Below, piece by piece: positions 52,923-61,234 of a DNA stretch of 64,000 nt. Position 1 is the stretch's first letter. Each line of letters begins with the position of its first letter. The stretch is from an uncultured Thermoplasmata archaeon (GTDB lineage Archaea; Thermoplasmatota; Thermoplasmata; JAGHBH01), in the NCBI GenBank assembly GCA_964601625.1, contig CAZROC010000003.1, forward strand, positions 31,681-95,680, read 5' to 3'. Both the position numbers and the translations under genes were made by a program. The notes beneath the pieces are model-generated. The model was not told the DNA's origin. It did no database searches and worked only from the letters and a program-made list of their open reading frames with translations.

Positions 52923-54560
52923 ATGCGAAAAACGATTTCGCTAACGCTGGTATTTGCAGCAATACTGCCTGCTGTGTCAGGGACTTTTGGAGAGACTTTG
53001 GAGGCTCACTCCCAGAATGGCCTTTACACTGCAGACGCGGACAGCCATCTCACAAATGAGCAATGGGATGACACATTTAAAACGCCCGGGGACAGGGAAT
53101 ATCCCCGTGGATATACACACCGTCCCCTGATAGCTCTTTACACTTCTCTGAGCTGTCCCAGCTGTATGGACAACGCCGAACCTGCCTATCAGACATACTG
53201 GCAGGAAAACGGCTATGTTGAGGGACAGCCGGTGAACCTCGTGGTTTTCCACCTGCACGCCGGAGGAAACAGAGACGACCCACTCTGGACCGAAGAGGGA
53301 AGCCAGTGGGCGGACCACCAGAACATAATAGGCACGCCAACGTTTCTGGTTGACGAGGGATACCGCAACCCGTCACCATCCTACAACGATTTGAAACAAG
53401 CGGTGGAAGAATCCGGAAACAGGGATGGGACGCCAGGTGCTGAGAACATTCCTGGTGGACAGGGCGAAGCGTTCAGAGAGACGGAGATAAGGGTCTGGTC
53501 CATGTACTCAAACGGAACGTTCCACATCCAGGTGTGGGTCGAATACATAGGGAAACACGGCGGCAACCCCCTCATAAACCAGGACCTGAACGGCCTGATA
53601 AACATCTGCATGGTGGAAGACAACGTTACCGCCTACAGCTCTGAGATACAGGACAACGTGACCTGCCACAACGCGTTCAGGGGGTTCGCGGCACAGGAGG
53701 ACGTGACCCTCAGGCCGGGGGAAGAGTGGAGCGGAAACTACACGTGGGAGGTCCCAGACCTTGACCCGGAAGAGGACAACGTTGTTCCCATAAACGTGCA
53801 GAATGTTTTCCCGGTGGCAGTTGTGTACGACAAAGATGACACCTCCTCGGGAGGGGCACAGGGCTGGCCCGGCGCAACCCGATGTGTCAACTCAGCCACG
53901 CCCAGGTCAACCGTCTACGACCTCGGAATAACGCCGCCGAAAGTTGAGAACGTCACAGCAGAAAACGGCAAGATACACATCAAGTTTGACCGCGCCGTCA
54001 TTGGCGGTTTTGTAGCATACAACACCATCTCAGAGAACTACACCGGCGAGTGGAAAACAGCCGCGCTCATGATCTCAGAGGATGGCATGGAAGGAAATGT
54101 TTCTCTGAACGTTAAGAGAGATGTTTACTACCAGATTGTTTTCTACGATGCGAACTGGACAGAGGGAAAAACAGGTGTCATGACCATGCCTTTTTCTTCC
54201 AGCACCATAGGGGTCAAAGCTGGGGAGGGGATAGGCGTGAGAGAGGGCATAATAGCCCTTCTTATTGTAGCCGCCCTGGCAGTTTTTGTTTTCCGTGACC
54301 GGTTGCCCGTAAAAATATCGGGACTATCCGGGTCCGCCAAACCGGCGTCCGCGGAGAGCGTGTCCACAGAGAAAACATCATCCGCCCGGATCCCGACAGA
54401 CACAGAGTCCTCCATGGAGACGGGCCGAGCAGAAATGGCAGGAGGGAACAAGGTGGGAGATGACAAAAAGGGTGGCGGCGTTGGCGGCGTCGCACGAGAT
54501 GTCTCACAAGAAAAGGGAGAAAAGGAAACGGGAAACGACGGAGACAAAAAATCAGGCTGA
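52923..54560 (+). CDS. Exported, membrane-anchored protein with a CxxC (thioredoxin-like?) N-terminal domain
   Basis: Signal peptide MRKTISLTLVFAAILPAVSG (ATG 52923 behind AGGAG). SCPSC motif, many sequons, C-terminal TM IIALLIVAALAVFVF and a charged tail. Confidence 0.5.
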   Translation: MRKTISLTLVFAAILPAVSGTFGETLEAHSQNGLYTADADSHLTNEQWDDTFKTPGDREYPRGYTHRPLIALYTSLSCPSCMDNAEPAYQTYWQENGYVEGQPVNLVVFHLHAGGNRDDPLWTEEGSQWADHQNIIGTPTFLVDEGYRNPSPSYNDLKQAVEESGNRDGTPGAENIPGGQGEAFRETEIRVWSMYSNGTFHIQVWVEYIGKHGGNPLINQDLNGLINICMVEDNVTAYSSEIQDNVTCHNAFRGFAAQEDVTLRPGEEWSGNYTWEVPDLDPEEDNVVPINVQNVFPVAVVYDKDDTSSGGAQGWPGATRCVNSATPRSTVYDLGITPPKVENVTAENGKIHIKFDRAVIGGFVAYNTISENYTGEWKTAALMISEDGMEGNVSLNVKRDVYYQIVFYDANWTEGKTGVMTMPFSSSTIGVKAGEGIGVREGIIALLIVAALAVFVFRDRLPVKISGLSGSAKPASAESVSTEKTSSARIPTDTESSMETGRAEMAGGNKVGDDKKGGGVGGVARDVSQEKGEKETGNDGDKKSG

Positions 54561-54620
54561 AAAAACTTTTAAACGCCACAGGTTAACACCCTCTGACAGG
54601 CTGTGAAGGAGGAAAAAACC

Positions 54621-55688
54621 ATGGACAGAGTGGTTGAGTGTGTCCCGAACTTCAGCGAGGGAAAAAGGAAAGATGTCATAGACGAGATAGTCCGGGCCAT
54701 TGAGTCCGTAGACGGGGTCTATGTGATAACCTCTGAAATGGACCCGGATTATAACAGGACCGTTGTTACCATAGTGGGATCTCCTGAGAACATCGTGGAT
54801 GGCGTGTTTGAAGGCGCAAAGGTCGCTCTTGAAAAAATAGACATGCGATATCACAAGGGGGAGCATCCCAGGATGGGCGCCGTTGACGTGGTCCCGTTTG
54901 TGCCCATAAGGGGCGTTACCATGGAAGAGTGCGTTGAACTGGCCAGGGATTTCGGCGGGCGGCTTGGAAACCTGGGCGTGCCCGTCTACTTATATGAGTA
55001 CGCGGCCACACGGCCGGAGAGAAAAAACCTGGCTGACATAAGGCGTGGAGAGTACGAGGCCCTGCCGGAAAAGCTCAAAGACCCGGAGTGGAAACCGGAT
55101 TTTGGGCCCGCAGAGTTCAACCCGAAAAGCGGCGCGACCGTGACAGGTGCCAGAAAGGTCCTCATCGCCTACAACGTGAACCTGAACACGGATGATGTGG
55201 CTTTGGCTAAAAGAATCGCCGAAACCATACGCACAAGCGGGAAGATCGTGCGGGACGAAAAAGGGAACAAGGTGCTGGGGGAGGACGGAAAACCTCTCCG
55301 GATACCGGGGCGGCTCAAAGCTGTGAAGGCGATAGGTGTCCTGCTGAAAGAGCACAACATAGCACAGGTCTCAATGAACCTGGTTGACTACGAAATAACC
55401 CCTCCACATGTGGCTTTTGAAGAGTGTAAAAAAGAGGCAAAAAAATATGGGGCGGAAGTGACGGGGAGCGAAATAGTGGGGGTCGTGCCAGAAGAAGCGC
55501 TGGTCATGGCGGGGAGGTTTTACATGGAAAAAGAGGGAAAAAGCGTTGAGAACGCAGACACCACCCCTGAGGGCCGGAGGAAGCTGGTAGATCTGGCCGT
55601 TGAAAAACTGGGCCTGAGCCAGCTCGCCCCGTTCAAACCCGAAGAAAAGGTCATAGAATACATAGTTGAGCGACTCGCTGGAAAATGA
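54621..55688 (+). CDS. Glutamate formimidoyltransferase (FtcD N-terminal-type)
   Basis: VECVPNFSEG start motif and a collinear formiminotransferase fold. ATG 54621 lies behind GGAGG. Confidence 0.85.
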   Translation: MDRVVECVPNFSEGKRKDVIDEIVRAIESVDGVYVITSEMDPDYNRTVVTIVGSPENIVDGVFEGAKVALEKIDMRYHKGEHPRMGAVDVVPFVPIRGVTMEECVELARDFGGRLGNLGVPVYLYEYAATRPERKNLADIRRGEYEALPEKLKDPEWKPDFGPAEFNPKSGATVTGARKVLIAYNVNLNTDDVALAKRIAETIRTSGKIVRDEKGNKVLGEDGKPLRIPGRLKAVKAIGVLLKEHNIAQVSMNLVDYEITPPHVAFEECKKEAKKYGAEVTGSEIVGVVPEEALVMAGRFYMEKEGKSVENADTTPEGRRKLVDLAVEKLGLSQLAPFKPEEKVIEYIVERLAGK

Positions 55689-56407
55689 TTCTAGTGGTCA
55701 TGAATACCGAGGTGTGGGACATGGGTGAAAAAGATGAGAAAAAAGACGAGAAAAAACTGGTGGACTTGAGCGTGCGCGAATTCACAGAAGAGGTGGCCTC
55801 CAGGTCCCCCGCACCCGGCGGGGGGAGCGTTGCAGCGATGGGATGTGCCACCGCGGCCGCCCTTGTAAGTATGGTCTGCAATCTCAGCATAGGAAAAGAG
55901 AAATACAAAGAAAACGAGCCAATACTCCTGGCTACACGGGCCAGAGTTACGAAGCTGATGAACAGGTTGCTGGATCTGGTGGACGAAGACACCACTGCGT
56001 TCAACATGGTGATGTCTGCATATCGGCTGCCCAAAGACACAAAGGACAGAGATAAACAGATAGAAGATGCCCTGAAAAAAGCGGCGGAGGTGCCTTTTGA
56101 GACGTGCAAAATAGCTAGAGAAGTGGCGGAGCTGGCCACCATAGTGGCGGAAAAAGGAAACCAGAACAGCATAACAGACGCGGGCATGGCAGTATTGATG
56201 GCCGACGCGGCGTTTCAGGGAGCAGAGTTGAATGTCAGAATAAACCTGAAATGGATGAAGGACGAGAAGTTCAAAGAGGAGATAGAAGAGAAACTTCAGA
56301 AACTTGAATATGACATGGTGGAAATCGTTGAAAAAGGCATGTACACCGTGCTCAGAGTTGTTGACCCAGAGGCGTTTGAGCAGACAGGAGACGAAAACGA
56401 GAACTAA
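55685..56407 (+). CDS. Formimidoyltetrahydrofolate cyclodeaminase
   Basis: VASRSPAPGGGSVAAMGCATAAALVSMV signature. ATGA overlap with the upstream gene. Alternative starts at 55700 and 55721. Confidence 0.8.
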   Translation: MILVVMNTEVWDMGEKDEKKDEKKLVDLSVREFTEEVASRSPAPGGGSVAAMGCATAAALVSMVCNLSIGKEKYKENEPILLATRARVTKLMNRLLDLVDEDTTAFNMVMSAYRLPKDTKDRDKQIEDALKKAAEVPFETCKIAREVAELATIVAEKGNQNSITDAGMAVLMADAAFQGAELNVRINLKWMKDEKFKEEIEEKLQKLEYDMVEIVEKGMYTVLRVVDPEAFEQTGDENEN

Positions 56408-56409
56408 CG

Positions 56410-57486
56410 TCAACTATTTTCTTTCTTGAGATATACAACATGCTGTGGAAAGGGTATCTCAATACCCTCCTCTCTGAAGCGGGCCAGAATCTTCTCCCGC
56501 ATGTCTGATGCGGCCTTCCACTGGTTGTCATAGTGGTCTACCCAGCAAAAAACGGAAAGGTTTACACTTGAATCGCCCAGACCTGTGACCCTTACAAATG
56601 GCATGTGCCCATCTTCTTTCATTATGTGCTCGGTCTCCCCTGCTATTTCAAGCAAAATTTTCTTCGCCTTGTCAACGTCGGAGTCATATGCCACGCCCAC
56701 GTCAACCCTTATTTTTATCCTGCTGTCCGGAGCAGAGATATTAACTATCCGCTGACCGGCGATAACACTGTTGGGAATTGAGCTGAGAGTGTTTTTGAAC
56801 AGATTGTAAAGCCGGGTGCTCCGCATACCAACCCATTTCACCTCGTAGTAGTCGCCGTCCTCAAGCATTATCACATCGCCTATCTGAAACGGGCGGTCCA
56901 AGAGCAGGTGTATCCCCGAGAAAAGGTTGGAGAGGGTGTCCTGGGCAGCCAGAGCCACCACCAGGCCGGCGACTCCAAAGCTGGCCATCAGAATGCCCAC
57001 ATCAACCCCCAGGAAGCCGAGGAGGACCATGAACCCCACAAAGAGAACTGCTACCTTCCCAAGCGTGTCAAGTATGGGGACCAGGAGCCTGTCCAGCCCA
57101 GTTTTTTTCTTTTTCGCCCCCTCCTCTATTATTCTAACTATCACACGCCTGTAGATCACCCAGCCAAGATACAGCATGACCCCTGCCAGGACAGCTCTAT
57201 AAAGGCTATAGGCGGCATGCTCAACACCGGGAGAAAAGTTCATCTTTGAAAAACTGTAAACAAAACCGTAGAGAAAGACCAAGATTATAACTGGCAGGCG
57301 GAGAATCTGAAGCAATATGTCATCAACCTTCGTCTCCGTCTTTTTAACCATCCTGCGAAGGACGACATCAATCACGAAAATCGCAATAGCCCCAACTATC
57401 AGCCACGCCGCCAGGTTGAACAAAAACTCAACGTACTGGTTCTCCAGCGCTGCCGGGAGAGAAACGTTTATCCCCAGTATGTCCAT
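56410..57486 (-). CDS. mscS: Small-conductance mechanosensitive channel (MscS family)
   Basis: Four N-terminal TM segments, then LSNLFSGIHLLLDRPFQIGDVI and the beta-domain. Confidence 0.85.
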   Translation of the reverse strand: MDILGINVSLPAALENQYVEFLFNLAAWLIVGAIAIFVIDVVLRRMVKKTETKVDDILLQILRLPVIILVFLYGFVYSFSKMNFSPGVEHAAYSLYRAVLAGVMLYLGWVIYRRVIVRIIEEGAKKKKTGLDRLLVPILDTLGKVAVLFVGFMVLLGFLGVDVGILMASFGVAGLVVALAAQDTLSNLFSGIHLLLDRPFQIGDVIMLEDGDYYEVKWVGMRSTRLYNLFKNTLSSIPNSVIAGQRIVNISAPDSRIKIRVDVGVAYDSDVDKAKKILLEIAGETEHIMKEDGHMPFVRVTGLGDSSVNLSVFCWVDHYDNQWKAASDMREKILARFREEGIEIPFPQHVVYLKKENS

Positions 57487-57674
57487 ACTGTCATCACCAC
57501 GTCTCTACCCGGACAAAAACGCCGCCGTTAAATAGGTTTCTGTTGTATCTGAGAAAGATTTAAAAAACCACCCAAATATCCAACAACCAACGTCGCTCAC
57601 TACGTTCGCAACCCCGTGGTGCTGGCGGAAACCTTGCGGTTTCCTCCCACCACGGTGCCACTCGCTTCGCTCAT

Positions 57675-57747
57675 AGCCCCGTGGTGTAGAGGACCATCAT
57701 CCCGGACTTTGGATCCGGGGACCCAGGTTCGAATCCTGGCGGGGCTA
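57675..57747 (+). tRNA. tRNA-Gln (anticodon TTG), CCA not encoded
   Basis: AGCCCCG/CGGGGCT acceptor, CCGGA-CTTTGGA-TCCGG anticodon arm, CCAGG-TTCGAAT-CCTGG T-arm, discriminator A, followed by T5. Confidence 0.9.
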
Positions 57748-57789
57748 TTTTTCTCTGCTATATCGGTGAAGAAAAATCGCCCCTAATTC

Positions 57790-57821
57790 GCAAAAACAAG
57801 TTTTGCTCCTGGCGGGGCTAT
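57790..57821 (+). repeat. Hairpin followed by a 15-nt copy of the tRNA-Gln 3' end
   Basis: Hairpin GCAAAA(57790-95)/TTTTGC(57801-06), then TCCTGGCGGGGCTAT(57807-21), identical to 57734-48. Confidence 0.55.
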
Positions 57822-57930
57822 ATGACCCAACAGCACCCATTAACAGCCGCCAGGAGACGAGGACGAGGAATTTTTTAGCCATCATTTTTTTATCCCACGA
57901 TGTCCTGGCCTGGCTTGTGAGGTGGAAAAT

Positions 57931-58374
57931 ATGAGAGCAGAAGTTGTGCAGGTGAAAGACCTCGTTCTGGTAGGCCGGAGTGGTTCAAACCACTGGGTCA
58001 CTCTGGACACGAGAAAAGAGGTGAAGGGACACGAGGGAGCAAACGCTCCCATGGAACTCGTTTTGATATCTCTCGCCGGCTGCACGGCGATGGACGTCAT
58101 ATCCATCCTCAACAAGATGAGAGTCCCATATGCGAGGCTTGAAGTCAGCGTTGACTCAGAGCGTGCCGAAGAACACCCGAAGGTGTTCACAAAGATACGC
58201 CTCCACTACAAAATCTTCGCCCTGCCAGAAAGGGAGGTTCCCACAGAAAAAGTTGAGCGGGCCATCCATCTCTCCCAGGAGAGGTACTGCTCTGTGACCG
58301 CCATGCTCAGAAAAACAGCTGAGATCACCTACGACTATGAGATAGTGTCAGTTGAAAGCGAAAACGGTGGATAA
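57931..58374 (+). CDS. OsmC/Ohr-family peroxiredoxin-like protein
   Basis: PMELVLISLAGCTAMDV..ERYCSV matches the two-Cys OsmC pattern. ATG 57931 lies behind GAGGTGG. Confidence 0.8.
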   Translation: MRAEVVQVKDLVLVGRSGSNHWVTLDTRKEVKGHEGANAPMELVLISLAGCTAMDVISILNKMRVPYARLEVSVDSERAEEHPKVFTKIRLHYKIFALPEREVPTEKVERAIHLSQERYCSVTAMLRKTAEITYDYEIVSVESENGG

Positions 58375-58383
58375 GGTGAGAAA

Positions 58384-58641
58384 ATGGGCAGGAAAGACCC
58401 ACACCACACTACCGGTAACTTTGAGCACGAAATTGATGCGACAGGTCTTTTCTGCCCCGAGCCGCTGCTTTTGCTGAATGAAAAAATATCTGTGATAGAG
58501 CGAGGGGAGCGGGTAAAAATCGTCCTTGACGACCCGACGGGTGAGGAGGATATTAAGAGGTGGGCCGGGAGGACAGGAAACAGGATAGTGTTTTTTGAAA
58601 AAGATAGGAATGAGATGGTTTTCATCATAGAAAAAACGTAG
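58384..58641 (+). CDS. TusA/SirA-family sulfur carrier
   Basis: IDATGLFCPEPLL contains the CPxP active-site motif. 85 aa. Confidence 0.75.
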   Translation: MGRKDPHHTTGNFEHEIDATGLFCPEPLLLLNEKISVIERGERVKIVLDDPTGEEDIKRWAGRTGNRIVFFEKDRNEMVFIIEKT

Positions 58642-58666
58642 GAAAAATTAGGCGGAGCGTGTAAAA

Positions 58667-59044
58667 ATGAGCGGTACCGGAAACGGCATAGTGTATGTGC
58701 AGACCAAGGGAACAGAGGACATGCCTTCACAGTACGCTGTTATCTCGCTCGCCCGGGCGGCGAGGTCTATGGGCGTTGATGTGGCCATGTTTTACATGCT
58801 GCGAGGCGCGGAGGTCCCAAAAAAAGCTGTGGTAGAAAAAATAGGACCTCCAACAGAGGAAATGCCCGCTCTGAAGGAGTTGCTGAAAAAGGCCATTGAA
58901 GAGGGGGTTGAAATTTACGTGTGTCCCCATAGCGGAAAGCTCTGCGGAATAAATCCAGGCGGCTATTTTGATGGTATAAAAACCGCCGGAGCAGCAACCC
59001 TGAACGACCTGGCGGTGGGCTACGGCACCGTGATAACTTTCTGA
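58667..59044 (+). CDS. DsrE/DsrF-family protein
   Basis: About 125-aa DsrE-like fold pattern with a conserved Cys (VCPHS). Confidence 0.65.
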   Translation: MSGTGNGIVYVQTKGTEDMPSQYAVISLARAARSMGVDVAMFYMLRGAEVPKKAVVEKIGPPTEEMPALKELLKKAIEEGVEIYVCPHSGKLCGINPGGYFDGIKTAGAATLNDLAVGYGTVITF

Positions 59045-59056
59045 GGTGGCACAGAC

Positions 59057-60316
59057 ATGGACACGCCAAAACCTTTGAACAGGGACATGGGGGTTGACAT
59101 AGGGGCGTACTTTGATTACGCATCGTCATCACCTGTTGATCCACGGGTTGTTGAAAAGATGCTACCCTATATGACCCATAAGATAGGCAACCCCGCCTCT
59201 GTCCATTCGTGGAGCAGAGACACAAAAATGGCCGTGGAAGAGGCGAGAGAGAAAATACTCTCTTTTGTAGGCGGAATAAGGGGGGGCGAAGAAGAGGGAT
59301 ACCTTGTATTCACAGCCAGTCCAACAGAGAGTAACAACCTTGTCATAAAAGGCGTTGCCAGAAAAAACCGCAAAAAGGGGAAACACATAGTTTTCTCCGC
59401 CATAGAACACTGGTCCGTTTACACCCCCATAAAAGCGCTGATGAAAGAGGGCTTTGAGGCGACAAAAGTTCCCGTTAACAGCGATGGGTTCGTTGACCCT
59501 TCGGACGTGGAAAGCGCCATAAGAGATGACACCGTGCTGGTAACCATTATGACCGCAAACAATGAGATAGGGACGGTCCAGCCGATAAAGGAAATAGGGG
59601 AGATATGCCGGGAAAGAGGGGTGCTGTTCCACACCGACGCCACATCTGCTCTGGGAAAAATGGGGTTCAACGTCACCGACATGAATGTGGACCTGGCGAC
59701 ACTGCCATCAAACGAGATATACGGGCCGAAGGGCATAGCCGCCCTCTACATAAGAAAAGGTGTGAGACCCGAGCCAATAATACACGGCGGGGGACAGGAG
59801 TTCGGCCTCCGCTCCGGGACGGAAAACGTCCCTGGCATCGTTGGGATGGCGGGCGCAGTTGAAATACTGGAAAGGGAGATGGATGAAGAAGTGAGACGCC
59901 TGGGCGGGCTGAGGGACATATTAATTGATGGACTCCTTGGAAACATCCCTGGGTCTGCTCTCAACGGCGCAAGAGAGCCACGTCTCCCAAACAACGTCAA
60001 TGTAAGGTTTCCTTTTGTTGAGGGAGAAGCCATAGTTCTTGGACTGGACATGTATGGTGTGGCTGCCGCCAGCGGCTCAGCCTGCAGCTCAAAAACACTT
60101 GAGCCAAGCCACGTTCTCACCGCCATAGGGTTGCCGCACGAAGTGGCACACGGGTCTTTACAGTTGACCCTCGGGCGCTGGACGAAAAAAGAGCACGTGG
60201 AACATGTCCTGGAGGTGCTGCCCGGCGTTGTCAGACGGTTGCAGGCGATGTCCCCCCTAACGCCGCCGGGGTGGATTAAAGAACACTGGGGAAAAAAGAA
60301 TCAGAATCGCCGTTGA
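59057..60316 (+). CDS. Cysteine desulfurase (class V aminotransferase, IscS/NifS-like)
   Basis: YFDYASSSP, TASPTESNN, IMTANNEIG, PLP-Lys region (ALGKMGF) and SGSACSS active-site loop. Confidence 0.9.
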   Translation: MDTPKPLNRDMGVDIGAYFDYASSSPVDPRVVEKMLPYMTHKIGNPASVHSWSRDTKMAVEEAREKILSFVGGIRGGEEEGYLVFTASPTESNNLVIKGVARKNRKKGKHIVFSAIEHWSVYTPIKALMKEGFEATKVPVNSDGFVDPSDVESAIRDDTVLVTIMTANNEIGTVQPIKEIGEICRERGVLFHTDATSALGKMGFNVTDMNVDLATLPSNEIYGPKGIAALYIRKGVRPEPIIHGGGQEFGLRSGTENVPGIVGMAGAVEILEREMDEEVRRLGGLRDILIDGLLGNIPGSALNGAREPRLPNNVNVRFPFVEGEAIVLGLDMYGVAAASGSACSSKTLEPSHVLTAIGLPHEVAHGSLQLTLGRWTKKEHVEHVLEVLPGVVRRLQAMSPLTPPGWIKEHWGKKNQNRR

Positions 60317-60386
60317 AATACAAAAAGCGAGTGTAGGGAAAAAATATGTAAAACAGGAAAAGAGATGAAAGTGTGGTGGTACTGGC

Positions 60387-60830
60387 ATGAAGTACAACGT
60401 TTATAGCGAAAAGGTGATGGAACATTTCAGAAACCCGCGCAACGTTGGTTATATTGAAGACGCAGATGGCGTGGGCCTCGTGGGAAACCCTGTCTGTGGG
60501 GATATGATGGAGATGTTCATAAAGGTGGAAAACGATGTGATAGTGAACATAAAATTCAGGACATTCGGCTGTGGAGCGGCGATAGCGACCAGCAGCATGA
60601 TAACTGAAATGGCGAAAGGAAAGACCATCCAGGAGGCGCTGGAGATAACCCGCCAGGACGTGGCGGAAGAGCTTGACGGTCTGCCCCCCATAAAGATGCA
60701 CTGTTCAAATCTCGCGGCGGACGCACTCCACATGGCCATACTGGACTATCTCATGAAAAACGGGCGGCTTGAAGAATACGGTTTCACAGAGGAAGAGGCA
60801 AAAAGGATAATGGAAAAGGCGAGAGAGTGA
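60387..60830 (+). CDS. iscU: IscU/NifU-like Fe-S cluster scaffold
   Basis: YSEKVMEHFRNPRN, GNPVCGD, GCGAAIA and HCS motifs. Confidence 0.9.
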   Translation: MKYNVYSEKVMEHFRNPRNVGYIEDADGVGLVGNPVCGDMMEMFIKVENDVIVNIKFRTFGCGAAIATSSMITEMAKGKTIQEALEITRQDVAEELDGLPPIKMHCSNLAADALHMAILDYLMKNGRLEEYGFTEEEAKRIMEKARE

Positions 60831-60889
60831 TAGAGTGGAGAAAAATAGAAATAACACCCTATCCATATGTATTTACGGAGGTGGGTGAG

Positions 60890-61195
60890 ATGGTGGCCGT
60901 TGAGGAATTCAAGAAATACCTTGACATGCACAACGGAATCTACCGGTGGGAGGAGGGAGAATACAACGGAAAGAAGGGTCTCTTCGTTGAAAACCTCCAG
61001 TTTAACACCACCACCCATTTCACATACGAGGCCATAGAAAAAAATGATCTGGCAACGCTCCTGAACGCCACCCACCACGGAAAGAACGTTGAACAGATAA
61101 CCCGCGTGACCGGATTTTTCAGCAAGGTCAAAAACTGGAACAGGGGGAAACTGGGCGAACTCAGAGACAGACACAGGGTGTCCCTGGACACATAG
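60890..61195 (+). CDS. Small stand-alone protein with an NrdD-type C-terminal glycyl-radical motif
   Basis: C-terminal ITRVTGFFSKVKNWNRGKLGELRDRHRV resembles the class III RNR C-terminus (R-x-x-G-Y/F ... N-x-GK..E...R). ATG 60890 lies behind GGAGGTG. The track start GTG 60827 (overlapping the iscU stop) is an alternative. Confidence 0.5.
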   Translation: MVAVEEFKKYLDMHNGIYRWEEGEYNGKKGLFVENLQFNTTTHFTYEAIEKNDLATLLNATHHGKNVEQITRVTGFFSKVKNWNRGKLGELRDRHRVSLDT

Positions 61196-61234
61196 ACATG
61201 ATGTCACAGACACGATGTGCCCATGAGCGTGGTT

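Noticed and set aside
55691-56413. 240-aa minus-strand ORF mirroring the cyclodeaminase gene
   Set aside because: The plus-strand product carries the cyclodeaminase signature and is translationally coupled to the formiminotransferase. The antisense frame is featureless.
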